Part shown: piece after piece, positions 1 through 9,082 of the stretch
Layout: each line of letters begins with the position of its first letter
Position numbering within the stretch: the stretch's first letter is position 1
Origin: a virus
DNA length: 64,000 bases
IMG/VR virus record: IMGVR_UViG_3300032214_001486
Span: 40,975-104,974 of that record
Strand: one strand, 5' to 3'
Translations under genes and position numbers: made by a program
The notes under the pieces: model-generated
The model's database searches: none
Told to the model about the DNA's origin: nothing
What the model saw: only the letters and a program-made list of their open reading frames with translations

Positions 1-1293
1 GACGTGCTTTTGGGCGTACAGGACGCCGCGAAGGTGGCAGAACGGACGATCAAGGCCAAGGCCAAGGGCGCAAAAGAGATCATCGACCAGACCAGCGCGA
101 CGCTGACGGTTGATTTTGCACCCGAGGCAGAAAAGGAAGCCGAGGACAAGATCAACGCCTTGAACGAAAAGTTGGCGAACCTGCGCGTTGCTCGCAAGCC
201 CCCGCCGGCTAAGCCTGCGGGTCTGAGCAAGGCTACGTTTGAGGCCAAAATCAACGCTTTGGTGGATACGATCAACAAGGGGGAACAGCACCTTGCCGAC
301 GTGGCCGGGCAGTACCAGAAGTTGAGCGAGGATTTGGCTAATCCTGGCTTGACCACCCCGCCGGCCCGCACCATCGACCCGGCGCAGGTCGAGGGGGTCA
401 TCGCCGCGGACGGAACCTATGCCTTCCACCAGCAGCACGCGGAATTGGCCCATTGTATTGTGTGCTGGCAGCCCTGGCAGCCGGGGAGCGAGGTTTTGGC
501 CGCCCGGCGTCAGACCATTTCCGGTCTGCTGACTGCGTACCGCGAGCAAGAACAGAAGATTAGTGATCAGGCGAGTTGGGTCCAGACCGCCAACACCCGG
601 ATGCAAGAGCTTATGCGGCAGGGAAACACCCTGCACCAGATGAACGTAGCCAATCGAGCCGCGGCGGAAGCCTTCGCAGCGCAGTACCAAGCTGCGGGCG
701 AGGAAGAACAAGAGCAGCCCGTTGACTTTTCCGAGATCGACCGGCAGATCAACGAAGTTATGACACAATTGGCTGATGCCCGTAAGGGGCTGACGGAAAT
801 TCAGCAGACCCGCGCGAGTTGGGCCCTGGTACGCAAGGCACAGAAGCAAATCATCGAAGCCAAGCGGGAGTCCGAGGCTGCGAAGAATTTGGCCGAGGAG
901 GCGGGTTCTGTCGCCGATGCTCTGCTCTCGCAGGGTCGCGCCGGGTTTGTTAGCCGGGTTCAAGCCTTCCTGCCGCCGGACGATGAATTCGACGTGGTGC
1001 TCAAAGACGGCAAGCGTTCCGTCTGTATGTTTGGGTTCCGGCGAAACGGGGTGCTGCACACGGCGTTGTCGGGCGCGGAATGGGCCCGGCTGACGATTGC
1101 GTTGGGCGCCGCCATCATCCCCACCGAAGGGCGGGTACTGGCTATTCTTACACCCGAAGAACGGGCGTTTGACGCCGATACGCTGGGCGAAGTCATGGAA
1201 GCCTTGAAAGCAGCCCCCGGCCAAGTTATCCTCACCTCGCCAGTAGAGCCCCCGAGCCCGATTGAGGGCTGGACGATGCTTAGACGCGGGTAG
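1..1293 (+). CDS. Rad50/SbcC (gp46-like) SMC-type ATPase, C-terminal part (5' end outside window)
   Basis: Coiled coils around a central CxxC hook (CIVC); ABC signature LSGAE; degenerate Walker B/D-loop ILTPEERAFD; terminal QVILTS strand. Confidence 0.8.
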   Translation, partial: DVLLGVQDAAKVAERTIKAKAKGAKEIIDQTSATLTVDFAPEAEKEAEDKINALNEKLANLRVARKPPPAKPAGLSKATFEAKINALVDTINKGEQHLADVAGQYQKLSEDLANPGLTTPPARTIDPAQVEGVIAADGTYAFHQQHAELAHCIVCWQPWQPGSEVLAARRQTISGLLTAYREQEQKISDQASWVQTANTRMQELMRQGNTLHQMNVANRAAAEAFAAQYQAAGEEEQEQPVDFSEIDRQINEVMTQLADARKGLTEIQQTRASWALVRKAQKQIIEAKRESEAAKNLAEEAGSVADALLSQGRAGFVSRVQAFLPPDDEFDVVLKDGKRSVCMFGFRRNGVLHTALSGAEWARLTIALGAAIIPTEGRVLAILTPEERAFDADTLGEVMEALKAAPGQVILTSPVEPPSPIEGWTMLRRG

Positions 1294-1304
1294 AGGATTG
1301 TGGG

Positions 1305-1613
1305 ATGGATACGCTTGACGCGCTTAGGTTGATCGGAATTTACAGACTAAGCGAGTCAGGCCGCGAAGATACCGCGATACTGCGCCTTCGGGATTTAATC
1401 TTAGAGAGCGTAGAAGATCAGCGCACCGACGCCATTGAGGGGATAGACCTAAGCCGTCTATCCCCTCCGATTTTGTTTTGGCTATTGGCTTTCCTGCCCA
1501 GCGTAGGGTTAAAACGGAATGTCATCTATGCACGGGTCCAGGGGCAGGTATTGAATTTCCCCCGCCCCCGCCGTGTCCTCCCCTTCACCCTCGCCGTCGT
1601 TCCCGCCCCCTAA
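1305..1613 (+). CDS. hypothetical protein
   Basis: ORF directly after the ATPase with GAGG RBS; 3' end overlaps the opposite-strand ORF. Confidence 0.45.
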   Translation: MDTLDALRLIGIYRLSESGREDTAILRLRDLILESVEDQRTDAIEGIDLSRLSPPILFWLLAFLPSVGLKRNVIYARVQGQVLNFPRPRRVLPFTLAVVPAP

Positions 1614-2012
1614 CCGCCAGCCGCAGACGGCGTGCTCGGCCCACCAGCGATCTGTTTTCAGCACGCGGAGCGCCCACAGGACCGCCCCCCGGCTCCGGTA
1701 GCCCCCGCCCTCGCCGTTCGCGCTCCGCACGAGCCTAACCCCGTCCTCCCAACGCAAGCCAAAACGGGAGGATTTGTAGCGGGCACCACAAACGCAGTTA
1801 TCCCCGTCCACCCAAGGTCCGGGCGAACGGGGCAAAGGCAGCAGCGCGTTAACGCTGCCCCGGCGGCCTAAACGGGAAGCCACATCGCCAGAAACAAAAG
1901 AGCCATGAAAAGGGCCACCCCGGCCGCGTCCTGCACGTCTTTCACGCTCACGCTCACTCCCTGGCCCGGTGGGCCCCGGCCCGGCGGGGGATTGCCGAGC
2001 GACAACACCCAC
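1509..2012 (-). CDS. hypothetical protein with acidic SSB-like C-terminal tail (true start probably downstream of the ORF-track start)
   Basis: CVC...HAVC putative metal ligands; ends ...CIDDIPF. Confidence 0.5.
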   Translation of the reverse strand: MGVVARQSPAGPGPTGPGSERERERRAGRGRGGPFHGSFVSGDVASRLGRRGSVNALLPLPRSPGPWVDGDNCVCGARYKSSRFGLRWEDGVRLVRSANGEGGGYRSRGAVLWALRVLKTDRWWAEHAVCGWRLGGGNDGEGEGEDTAGAGEIQYLPLDPCIDDIPF

Positions 2013-2057
2013 CTATCAAGCCCCCGCTGACCTGTCAAGGGGGGAAGGTAAAAGAAC

Positions 2058-2492
2058 ATGAGCGCCCCCGCAAAACAGCGTCGGCAAGCAGCTTTTGAGG
2101 CCCTGGTCCGCAAGCGGGTCACGCAGGCGGGCGCGGCCTTCCCCGACTTGCCGCTGCGCGTGTCGGTGTCGCTGGGCGATCCCGCGGAATTTCCAGAAGA
2201 TCGTAACTACGCATATTCTGCCTGGGACGGGGACTCAGCTTCTATCGTTTTCTCGCCAAAGGTGCTCGACGCGGACGCGGAGCAGCAGGACGCGCTATTG
2301 CGGCATGAATTGTCGCACGCGGTTTTGCAGCACGCCGGGCTCCCCCACAGCGAAAGGGACTGCGACGACGCAGCAGAGCGTATTTTTGGTGACCCTCTGT
2401 ATTATGATCACCGGGACGTGCAGACCTTGAACCCCCGCGCCCCCGGCGCCCGCCGGCCGCGGCCCGCCTATCTGCCGACAGGGGAGGAATAA
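2058..2492 (+). CDS. small zincin-like metallopeptidase (HExxH)
   Basis: LLRHELSHAVL followed by ERDCD; GGAAGG RBS. Confidence 0.65.
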   Translation: MSAPAKQRRQAAFEALVRKRVTQAGAAFPDLPLRVSVSLGDPAEFPEDRNYAYSAWDGDSASIVFSPKVLDADAEQQDALLRHELSHAVLQHAGLPHSERDCDDAAERIFGDPLYYDHRDVQTLNPRAPGARRPRPAYLPTGEE

Positions 2493-2953
2493 TGGTAATT
2501 GATCGGGATAGCGATGCGGGCGCTGCCGCGGGGAGCCTGGGCGGCCTGGGCGGCCTCGACACCCTGGGCGGCATTGAGCCTAACCTTGACTTTTTGGGCG
2601 CGGAGCCTGACAGCGCGGAGCCCCGGCCCGCGGAGCCTGTCTACGCCCTTGTGCAGCATGGGCCTTGCCCTGCCGTTGGTGTACCCGTGGGGGAGAGATA
2701 CCGGAATTATCTCTTTCCGCAGGCTGTCTGCGCCGATCTGAGGCTTAGGGGGCAAGTGGGGGAGATCAAGTATGGGCACGGGCTGACCGTGGGCTGGAAC
2801 GCAGCAGACACCGCGCTATATCAGGAAATTTTGGACGGCTGCCAGTATGCAGTCGCGGGGCAACGGGTTATCCTCGCCCACGTCTTAGCGTGGCTGGCTT
2901 TTTGGCTTCGATTTAGCCTGCACCACGCTTGGCTTAGGGGGAACGGTGGGTAG
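2492..2953 (+). CDS. hypothetical protein
   Basis: Translationally coupled (TAATG) in the operon with the recombinase. Confidence 0.55.
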   Translation: MVIDRDSDAGAAAGSLGGLGGLDTLGGIEPNLDFLGAEPDSAEPRPAEPVYALVQHGPCPAVGVPVGERYRNYLFPQAVCADLRLRGQVGEIKYGHGLTVGWNAADTALYQEILDGCQYAVAGQRVILAHVLAWLAFWLRFSLHHAWLRGNGG

Positions 2954-3779
2954 TGACGGCGAAAAGTTGGCCGGTTTTGACGATTATCTCAGGGACCGCG
3001 GGTTGAGCGCAAACACCCGCCGCAGCTACTTAAACGTAGCCATTCAAGCGGGGCAAGAACCAGAGGCGACGCTGCGCTGGTATACCGGCTTGCTTGCGAA
3101 ACGGGCGCCCATCGGCACAGTCCAGCAGGCTCGCTCTGCGCTGGCCCGCTGGTACACCTACCTTAAACAGCCCGAGCACATCGTCGCTCTGCCCCCAGCC
3201 CGCGGCAAACAGCGGGAGCATCGCCAAGGGCTCACCGATGGTCAGTTAGGGCTATATTTATCGGAAGCAGACAAGCAAAAAGAGCCTGCGCGCACCATTC
3301 TCGCTCTACTGCCCCGGACGGGGTTGCGTATCTCAGAGATATGCCAATTGCGGTTAGATCAAGTCAAAAGTACCGAGGAAGTTCACTACTTTAGCTTCCG
3401 AGGCAAGGGGGATAAGCCGCGCGTTGTGCCGCTCGGGGCAGAAGGCTTAGCCGTGCTGCGGGCTTACCTTGACTGGCGGGCCAAGCGAAAAGCCCTCGCC
3501 GCGTCGCCCTTCCTGTTTCCCGGCCGCGGAGGCTCGCACTACCGGCCCAATACCATCCGTAGGGTCTGCGCAGATATTCAGCAGGGTTGTCCTGACCTTG
3601 ATGGTCTGTCCCCTCACGTTCTGCGCCACACTTACGCCACCAGGGCCGTTGTCAACGGGGTCGATTTGGCCCGCCTCCAAAAACTTTTGGGTCACGGCTC
3701 TATCCGTACCACTGAGCGTTACTTGCACCCGACCGTGCAAGACCTCTCGGCGGCGGTTACAAAGGTCGCGGGACTTTGA
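2946..3779 (+). CDS. tyrosine recombinase (XerC/D-like)
   Basis: Full catalytic set: TGLRISE, GKGDK, HVLRH, LLGH, TERY; no N-terminal arm-binding domain. Confidence 0.95.
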   Translation: MGSDGEKLAGFDDYLRDRGLSANTRRSYLNVAIQAGQEPEATLRWYTGLLAKRAPIGTVQQARSALARWYTYLKQPEHIVALPPARGKQREHRQGLTDGQLGLYLSEADKQKEPARTILALLPRTGLRISEICQLRLDQVKSTEEVHYFSFRGKGDKPRVVPLGAEGLAVLRAYLDWRAKRKALAASPFLFPGRGGSHYRPNTIRRVCADIQQGCPDLDGLSPHVLRHTYATRAVVNGVDLARLQKLLGHGSIRTTERYLHPTVQDLSAAVTKVAGL

Positions 3780-3794
3780 TTAGAGGGGGGTAAT

Positions 3795-4580
3795 ATGTCA
3801 AAGGCAGAAAAGGTACGCGCTCTATTCCGCACCGCGGCTGATTTTGGGGCGACTGAGAATGAGCGGCAGGTAGCGGAACGCTTTGCGTGGGAGCTACTGC
3901 GAAAGGACGAAAGCCTAATCCAAGAAATTGCGGCCTCTGTGTTGCAGGAGGCCCAAGATCAGGGGCGGGAGCCTCAGTGGCCCTCACCGTTGTTCTTCGA
4001 CGTGTGGACCCGTACCCAGCAGGCCAAGGCGGCCCAGGCATCCGAGGCCCGCCGGCAGGAGCAGGAGCGCAAGCAAGCTGGCGCCCGCGCTCGCGCACAA
4101 GCTGCCGCTGACGCTCGCGCGGCGGGGTTGCGGGCTGCCGCGGCGGCTGCTGCTGCCTCCGCTGCCGCTGCCGCTGGGCCCCCGCCGGGTTGGGTGCCGC
4201 CGGGTCTGCCGCCGGGGCCGCCGCCGGGCCCACCACCGGGACCGCCGCCGGGTTGGGTGCCGCCGGGTTGGGCTCCGCCGGGTTGGGCCCCGCCGCCTGC
4301 TGAAAATCGGTGGGAGCGGCTGAAGAACGTGGCCGCGGAATGGATCGGGGACACCTTAGAGGAAGTCGCGGACGGGCTCAACCTTGTCGAGCAGATCAAC
4401 GAGGAAGTAAACGTCAGGATTTCCGACACAAGCAAAACGGTGACCGTCAAAGTCACCTTCCCCGTTGAATTGGTGCGGGAAATCTACGAAGAACATGGAA
4501 ATTTAGATGAATTCTCCCGGCTTGTCGGGGTGAAGATGGGCGAGGATCTGGCCCAGGCTTTCCGCGACTCGGGGTACTGA
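3795..4580 (+). CDS. protein with DUF2786-like N-terminal helical hairpin and PPG/PPGW-repeat linker
   Basis: EKVRALFRTAA...ATENERQVAERFAWELL pattern; tandem PPG(W) repeats at about 4180-4300. Confidence 0.6.
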   Translation: MSKAEKVRALFRTAADFGATENERQVAERFAWELLRKDESLIQEIAASVLQEAQDQGREPQWPSPLFFDVWTRTQQAKAAQASEARRQEQERKQAGARARAQAAADARAAGLRAAAAAAAASAAAAAGPPPGWVPPGLPPGPPPGPPPGPPPGWVPPGWAPPGWAPPPAENRWERLKNVAAEWIGDTLEEVADGLNLVEQINEEVNVRISDTSKTVTVKVTFPVELVREIYEEHGNLDEFSRLVGVKMGEDLAQAFRDSGY

Positions 4581-4609
4581 CCAAAATGTAACCGACGTGT
4601 CATCGGGGG

Positions 4610-4963
4610 TTATGGCGGGGTGTCGCCGGTCGAGTTGACAAATTGAATGGACAAGATCGGCGTACCCGCCCCGTTGTTTTTGACCCGCATGACGATAGAG
4701 CTAATGCCCCCAAAACGTCCACAGGGGCGATACTTTGCCGTGCCAATTCTCAGCGTGACAGCCGAGCCGGGAGGCACGATGACAGAATTTGCAGTCGTAA
4801 GCGCCGTGGCGGTGCTCACAAAGCCAAAGAGGGCCGAGTTTGTACCGTCCTCGTTGTAAACAATGACGGTGTGGCAGTTGTCCGAGGGTTGTGTCCCCAC
4901 GGTCGCGGTTGCCGCCCCCGTTGTGACTTCAACCGTATCCATCAGGTTCGTACTTAAAGCCAT
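4610..4963 (-). CDS. small all-beta protein, possible virion vertex or spike subunit
   Basis: 117 aa, T/V/G-rich strands (HTVIVYN...FGF...IVPPGSAVTL); ATG at 4963. Confidence 0.5.
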   Translation of the reverse strand: MALSTNLMDTVEVTTGAATATVGTQPSDNCHTVIVYNEDGTNSALFGFVSTATALTTANSVIVPPGSAVTLRIGTAKYRPCGRFGGISSIVMRVKNNGAGTPILSIQFVNSTGDTPP

Positions 4964-5018
4964 GTTGAGCCCTCGACGGGAGAATGATAGGCATAGCACA
5001 CCCTTGGAGGCCGCCGCT

Positions 5019-5468
5019 ATGCACAACGAAGATCAAAAAGTCGGTCAAGGCTCCGAGGGCGTTCTCGGGGCGACCCGCAAGCCAATGTATCACGGGGGAC
5101 TAAAAGAGCGCAAGGGCAAGGTTTTCCCGGCTAAGACCCTGGAACAAATGCGTACCGACCTTGATCTGACCGTGGAGGACTTCGCGCGCCTGCTCGGGTT
5201 GAGCTTCATGGCGGTCTACAATTGGGAACGGGGCGGCGGCATGGTGGAGGTGTCCGACCTTCAATCCCGCATCCTGACCGCCCTTAATCACATGACCGTG
5301 GCGCACCCGGACCTGTATTGGGCCGACGACGTGAGCAAGGCTGTGGTCAATCAGGGCGGTCTGTACGGGCTCTACAAGCTGTTGACGCACTACTACCGCT
5401 CCCTCGCCCAGCAGCAAGCCCAGCGTCGGGCCGCCCAGGCGCAAGCCGCCCTCGCGGACGCCCCGTAA
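5019..5468 (+). CDS. XRE/Cro-type helix-turn-helix regulator
   Basis: MRTDLDLTVEDFARLLGLSFMAVYNWERG; GGAGG RBS at 5006-5010. Confidence 0.85.
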   Translation: MHNEDQKVGQGSEGVLGATRKPMYHGGLKERKGKVFPAKTLEQMRTDLDLTVEDFARLLGLSFMAVYNWERGGGMVEVSDLQSRILTALNHMTVAHPDLYWADDVSKAVVNQGGLYGLYKLLTHYYRSLAQQQAQRRAAQAQAALADAP

Positions 5469-5503
5469 GCCACGTAAGCCCTTGATTTCATGGGTTTTTC
5501 GAT

Positions 5504-6222
5504 ATGATCGGGGCTTGAACGGTGCGTGCTGCCGGCGCGGTGTGCGCCGACGCTCGGGCGCTGCGTTCACACCCCGATCATCGTGTATGGCGATAATGTA
5601 CCCTTATCACCACACACCAGAATAGGCTGCTGGACGCTATTCTCGCACTTTCGATCCGTGATCGGGGCTTGAACGGGGCCGCCCTGCTCAGCCGGCGTGC
5701 GCGGTGTGCTGGGCGCGGTTATGCGCTCGGGTCAAGGCCCAACGTACAGAGCGTTCAAGACCCGATCATGGTGCAATTATGCCAAAGAAGAAGCCCTCAG
5801 CCACCACGTCGGCCACCACGTCGGCCACCACGCCAGAGAACAATCCGGGGGCGTGGGTGCTACGGGCCCCAGACTGGACCGGGGATGCGGAGGCGATCCG
5901 AGCGGACGGGTTGATCGTGGACGTGCGGGAGCGCGGGGCTCAGCTTACGCTTAAATCCCCCCTCGGGGACGTTGTACCCTTGACCCCTAAAGACGTAGCC
6001 GGGTTGGAGGCTTGGTTAGGGGGGCCTTTCGAGCCTTTGTTCCCCCCGGATATATCTACCCCCTGCTTCTACATTCCAGCGAAATACTACACGTCCTCCG
6101 CGCAGCTACGGGCCAAGTTAGATCAGCTTATGCCTGCCCCCCTTCGGGTGTGGGTAGCAGGCCGCGCCTGGGGTGCGTAGCCGGGCGTAGCCGGGTGCGT
6201 AGCGTTCAAGACCCGATCATGG
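5504..6222. repeat. five copies of an 18-bp motif ATGATCGGGKYKTGAACG in mixed orientation
   Basis: 5504-5521(+), 5564-5581(-), 5658-5675(+), 5752-5769(-), 6203-6220(-); last two identical over 22 bp (5750-5771, 6201-6222). Confidence 0.9.
5779..6180 (+). CDS. hypothetical protein between two direct repeats
   Basis: MPKKKPSATTSATTSATT...; begins 8 nt after one 22-bp repeat and ends 20 nt before the next. Confidence 0.55.
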   Translation: MPKKKPSATTSATTSATTPENNPGAWVLRAPDWTGDAEAIRADGLIVDVRERGAQLTLKSPLGDVVPLTPKDVAGLEAWLGGPFEPLFPPDISTPCFYIPAKYYTSSAQLRAKLDQLMPAPLRVWVAGRAWGA

Positions 6223-6274
6223 GGAAGTCAGCCAAAATGAGCCACGAAAGCCCACTTTGGCTGACCGTGCCCAT

Positions 6275-6697
6275 TCACTGACCAAAGTAGAAGCCGACCG
6301 CCGTGGTAAACGCGCCAATGAGCGCGGTGACTGCGGGGATCACAATGCTGCGTACCCGTAGCTCCGTGAGTTGGGCCCCGCGGGCTTCCCGCTGCTCGTC
6401 GAGCTTGATCCTGCGCTCCTCTAAATCGTTCCGCCGCCGTTCCTGCTCAGCCATGCGCTCCAATGCCTCCGTTGTCCGCTCCATCAGCGGTTTGAGGCTC
6501 AGCAGATTTTCCGCGGTACGTTCCTCCGCGCTGCGGCTCGCTGCCATGCTTTCGACCACTTCGCGGACAAGGGCGGTCCACGCTTCCTCGACTGATAGCT
6601 GGTCGATATGCCCCTGCAAGAGCTTTGTTTCTTCTGGAAACGCAGGTTTCATGCGTTCCAGAATGAGCGCCACGTCCACGGCTTTCATGCGGGTCAT
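6275..6697 (-). CDS. coiled-coil protein with C-terminal TM helix, holin or lysis accessory candidate
   Basis: ATGA overlap with the endolysin candidate; terminal IVIPAVTALIGAFTTAVGFYF. Confidence 0.55.
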   Translation of the reverse strand: MTRMKAVDVALILERMKPAFPEETKLLQGHIDQLSVEEAWTALVREVVESMAASRSAEERTAENLLSLKPLMERTTEALERMAEQERRRNDLEERRIKLDEQREARGAQLTELRVRSIVIPAVTALIGAFTTAVGFYFGQ

Positions 6698-7281
6698 GCG
6701 CGCTCCCCGACAAGCAGCGTGTACGAAAACGATTTCCAGCCTCGCTTGGCTGTTTGTTGCCGGCAAAGACTCAGGAAGTGTTCAAATTCCGCGTCCTGCG
6801 CCCACACTTGGCAGCCGGCTGACCATTTATCGACGTTGGTGGAATTCGTACCCGCCCGGTGAAGGTTAATGCCGAATAGACCTGTCTCTGTTTGTCTCGC
6901 GTTCATATCGTGCTGGTTGTCTTTGTCGGCGTCCCGGTATACCGTCACGGGTTTGACCTGTACCAAAGCTGGCTTTTCGCCCTTGTGTAGACCCAATTGC
7001 CAGCAGCCCCGATACTGACCTTCCTTTAGAATGGCGGTCCCCGCAACCCGTCCAGGGTTCTGTAGCCAGAACGTGCCGGGGTCCGTCGTGATGGTGTAAC
7101 GGTAGACCTTCCACGTCCCGCTGTCATCGCGGTATACTACATAGCAGCAGTCGTCAAACTTGTTTGGCTCCCCGTTCTCTTTGCGGAAACCGACGATATT
7201 CAAGTCCCAATTTCCGTTGCGGAACGCCGTGAAACCTTCACGTTCGACACGGGCTAACACTTGCTCGGCTGTCAAGGGCAT
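6694..7281 (-). CDS. putative endolysin, YkuD/L,D-transpeptidase-like Cys-His fold
   Basis: LNIVGFR...NKFDD...TTDPG...GINLHRA...WSAGCQV; GAGGTG RBS. Confidence 0.75.
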   Translation of the reverse strand: MPLTAEQVLARVEREGFTAFRNGNWDLNIVGFRKENGEPNKFDDCCYVVYRDDSGTWKVYRYTITTDPGTFWLQNPGRVAGTAILKEGQYRGCWQLGLHKGEKPALVQVKPVTVYRDADKDNQHDMNARQTETGLFGINLHRAGTNSTNVDKWSAGCQVWAQDAEFEHFLSLCRQQTAKRGWKSFSYTLLVGERA

Positions 7282-7368
7282 ATTACACCTCGCCTGATGG
7301 GGTTGTGACGCCCGAGAGTGTACCCCAAATGCTCGCCCCCAGGCAAGGGCGGCAGAGGCGCGAGGACA

Positions 7369-7851
7369 ATGAACATGACCACGGTATTTTGGGTCGCTTT
7401 GATTATCGGCGTCACCGCGGGCGGCGCGACCGGCTTTAGCGTAGGCAAGCACCGCGGGAAGGTGGAGGCAGAAGCCGATCTTGCAGCGGCGACTGCAAAC
7501 GCAGCGCAGATTGCCAAGGCGGTTGAAGGCAATACACTGGCAATTGCGGGGCTCACAGAAGCGGCGCAGAAGCCCGTCGTGCTCGACGCGGAAACGCGGG
7601 CGGCCCTTGCATCGGACGTTCCTACGGGCTGCCGGGATGAAAAAAGCAGCCTCAGCGCCGCTTGTCTCACCGCTCAATGCTGGCGTTTTCAGCAGGGCAA
7701 CGGCGGTCGGTCAGACGCAAAGACGTGTGCAGAATTGGCCGATGACGCCCGTATTCATGCCTGGGTCCAGCTTTGCGCGCAGCCTGACCGGGCGGGCCCC
7801 GATTGGGATTGTGTCGCCGCGGGCATAAAAGCAGCGCGGGAACAGGACTAA
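7369..7851 (+). CDS. N-terminally anchored Cys-rich exported protein (spanin-like or lysis-associated?)
   Basis: TM VFWVALIIGVTAGG, helical linker, six Cys; divergent from the endolysin candidate. Confidence 0.5.
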   Translation: MNMTTVFWVALIIGVTAGGATGFSVGKHRGKVEAEADLAAATANAAQIAKAVEGNTLAIAGLTEAAQKPVVLDAETRAALASDVPTGCRDEKSSLSAACLTAQCWRFQQGNGGRSDAKTCAELADDARIHAWVQLCAQPDRAGPDWDCVAAGIKAAREQD

Positions 7852-7906
7852 CCCTGCCCCCGCGCCCTTGCCGCGGCTGTCCACCGTGGGTTGCCGCCGG
7901 CCGCCC

Positions 7907-8242
7907 TCAGTCCCGGTAGACCTTTTCACCCCGCTTGGGCTTGTAGTCGTCATCGACCTGATAGTAACGGCCGATCTTGTATTCTTCGCCGTCATCGGTC
8001 ATTTTGATCACGGTGCCGGAGAAGTAGCTATCGCCGTTATGGCCGTTCCAGTCGCGGCCCATCCCTGAACCGGACAGCCGCATAAAATCGCTCAGGTGCA
8101 TGTACTCGTTCTTGTACTTCACCCACCCGTCCGCCTTGGCGTCATCGTCCAGCCAGTCATAGGCAGCGAGCACCTTTTTCGGGACTTCGTAATCATACAG
8201 AAACGGCTTAAACTTGCCGTCGCTCGATACTACAATAGCCAT
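7907..8242 (-). CDS. small phage-type hypothetical protein
   Basis: AAGGAAGG RBS; aromatic-rich; in a small-gene operon. Confidence 0.75.
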   Translation of the reverse strand: MAIVVSSDGKFKPFLYDYEVPKKVLAAYDWLDDDAKADGWVKYKNEYMHLSDFMRLSGSGMGRDWNGHNGDSYFSGTVIKMTDDGEEYKIGRYYQVDDDYKPKRGEKVYRD

Positions 8243-8245
8243 CGT

Positions 8246-8585
8246 GGGCCTTCCTTTGCACCTTAGCGCCTTAGTAGCCGTGGGCGGCTTCTTCTAACTG
8301 ACGCACAATATCTCGGGCCAATTCGTCAGAATTGCTGCTCGACTCGACCTCGACCACCGCCCAATGCGGATACAGGTAGGCGCCTCCCGTGAACGAATTG
8401 TCCCCGGTCTGGAAACTCCACGACTTCCGGCCCTTGCCGTCCGCGCCCACCGTTAGGGTGATCGCACCCTCCCCGTAGCCGCGAACGTCCTTTTTGACCT
8501 CTTTGATCAGGTCGGCAAGGTTGGAAATTGCGGGGAACACCATTTTGCCTTTCGCCATTGCGGGCCTTCCTTTGCGCCTTAGCGC
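8246..8585. repeat. 24-bp direct repeat containing the RBS of two adjacent small genes
   Basis: GGGCCTTCCTTTGCRCCTTAGCGC at 8246-8269 and 8562-8585. Confidence 0.85.
8271..8558 (-). CDS. small phage-type hypothetical protein
   Basis: Same RBS; WSFQTGDNSFTGGAY motif. Confidence 0.75.
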   Translation of the reverse strand: MAKGKMVFPAISNLADLIKEVKKDVRGYGEGAITLTVGADGKGRKSWSFQTGDNSFTGGAYLYPHWAVVEVESSSNSDELARDIVRQLEEAAHGY

Positions 8586-8788
8586 AGCTTTTTGGCTACA
8601 ACGTAGCCCAGGGTGTAGAGCAGGGTCCGGGTGACCATCGGCTGATTATTCAGCACCGGGATTTTGCGGGTCGCTTGCGCGAGCCCGAACCCGACCAGGG
8701 CCACCAGGGCCAATTCAGGCAACGGGGGCAGGTATTTTGTGACGGCAGACAAGGGGCCTCCGGGGATAGACAGAGAAAGCCCGCTCAC
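8579..8788 (-). CDS. small membrane protein
   Basis: Two hydrophobic segments, basic C-terminus. Confidence 0.55.
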   Translation of the reverse strand: MSGLSLSIPGGPLSAVTKYLPPLPELALVALVGFGLAQATRKIPVLNNQPMVTRTLLYTLGYVVAKKLR

Positions 8789-8821
8789 GTTACCGCAAGC
8801 GGGCTCTGCCCGTCAACCCCC

Positions 8822-9082
8822 TTACTTCCCCGCCGATGGGGGCGCGGGTATTTCGTGCCGGGTGCCGTCCTTTAAGGTCGCCTCCACCCTCCCGGCACGG
8901 GCCGCGGTCATGCCCGCAATTTCCGCCGGGTCAACCCCGTGCTCCATGACCGCCGCTTGCCAGTCCAGCACGCGGAGCAGCTTTTGCATTTCCGCGATCT
9001 TGGCCTGGATGGTGCCCACCAATTGCCGGGTAGCCCGGCCACGGGCGGGCAGGTCCAGCGGGGCGTCGGGGTCACCAGCCAT
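8822..9082 (-). CDS. hypothetical protein
   Basis: ATG at 9082 overlaps the end of the upstream ORF. Confidence 0.5.
   Translation of the reverse strand: MAGDPDAPLDLPARGRATRQLVGTIQAKIAEMQKLLRVLDWQAAVMEHGVDPAEIAGMTAARAGRVEATLKDGTRHEIPAPPSAGK

Noticed and set aside
4140-4300. GC-rich tandem repeats as non-coding elements (also 55520-55585)
   Set aside because: They encode poly-Ala/PPGW and poly-Asp tracts inside ORFs.
5504-6222. CRISPR array
   Set aside because: Repeats are in mixed orientation with irregular spacing (about 40-430 bp), and I see no cas genes.
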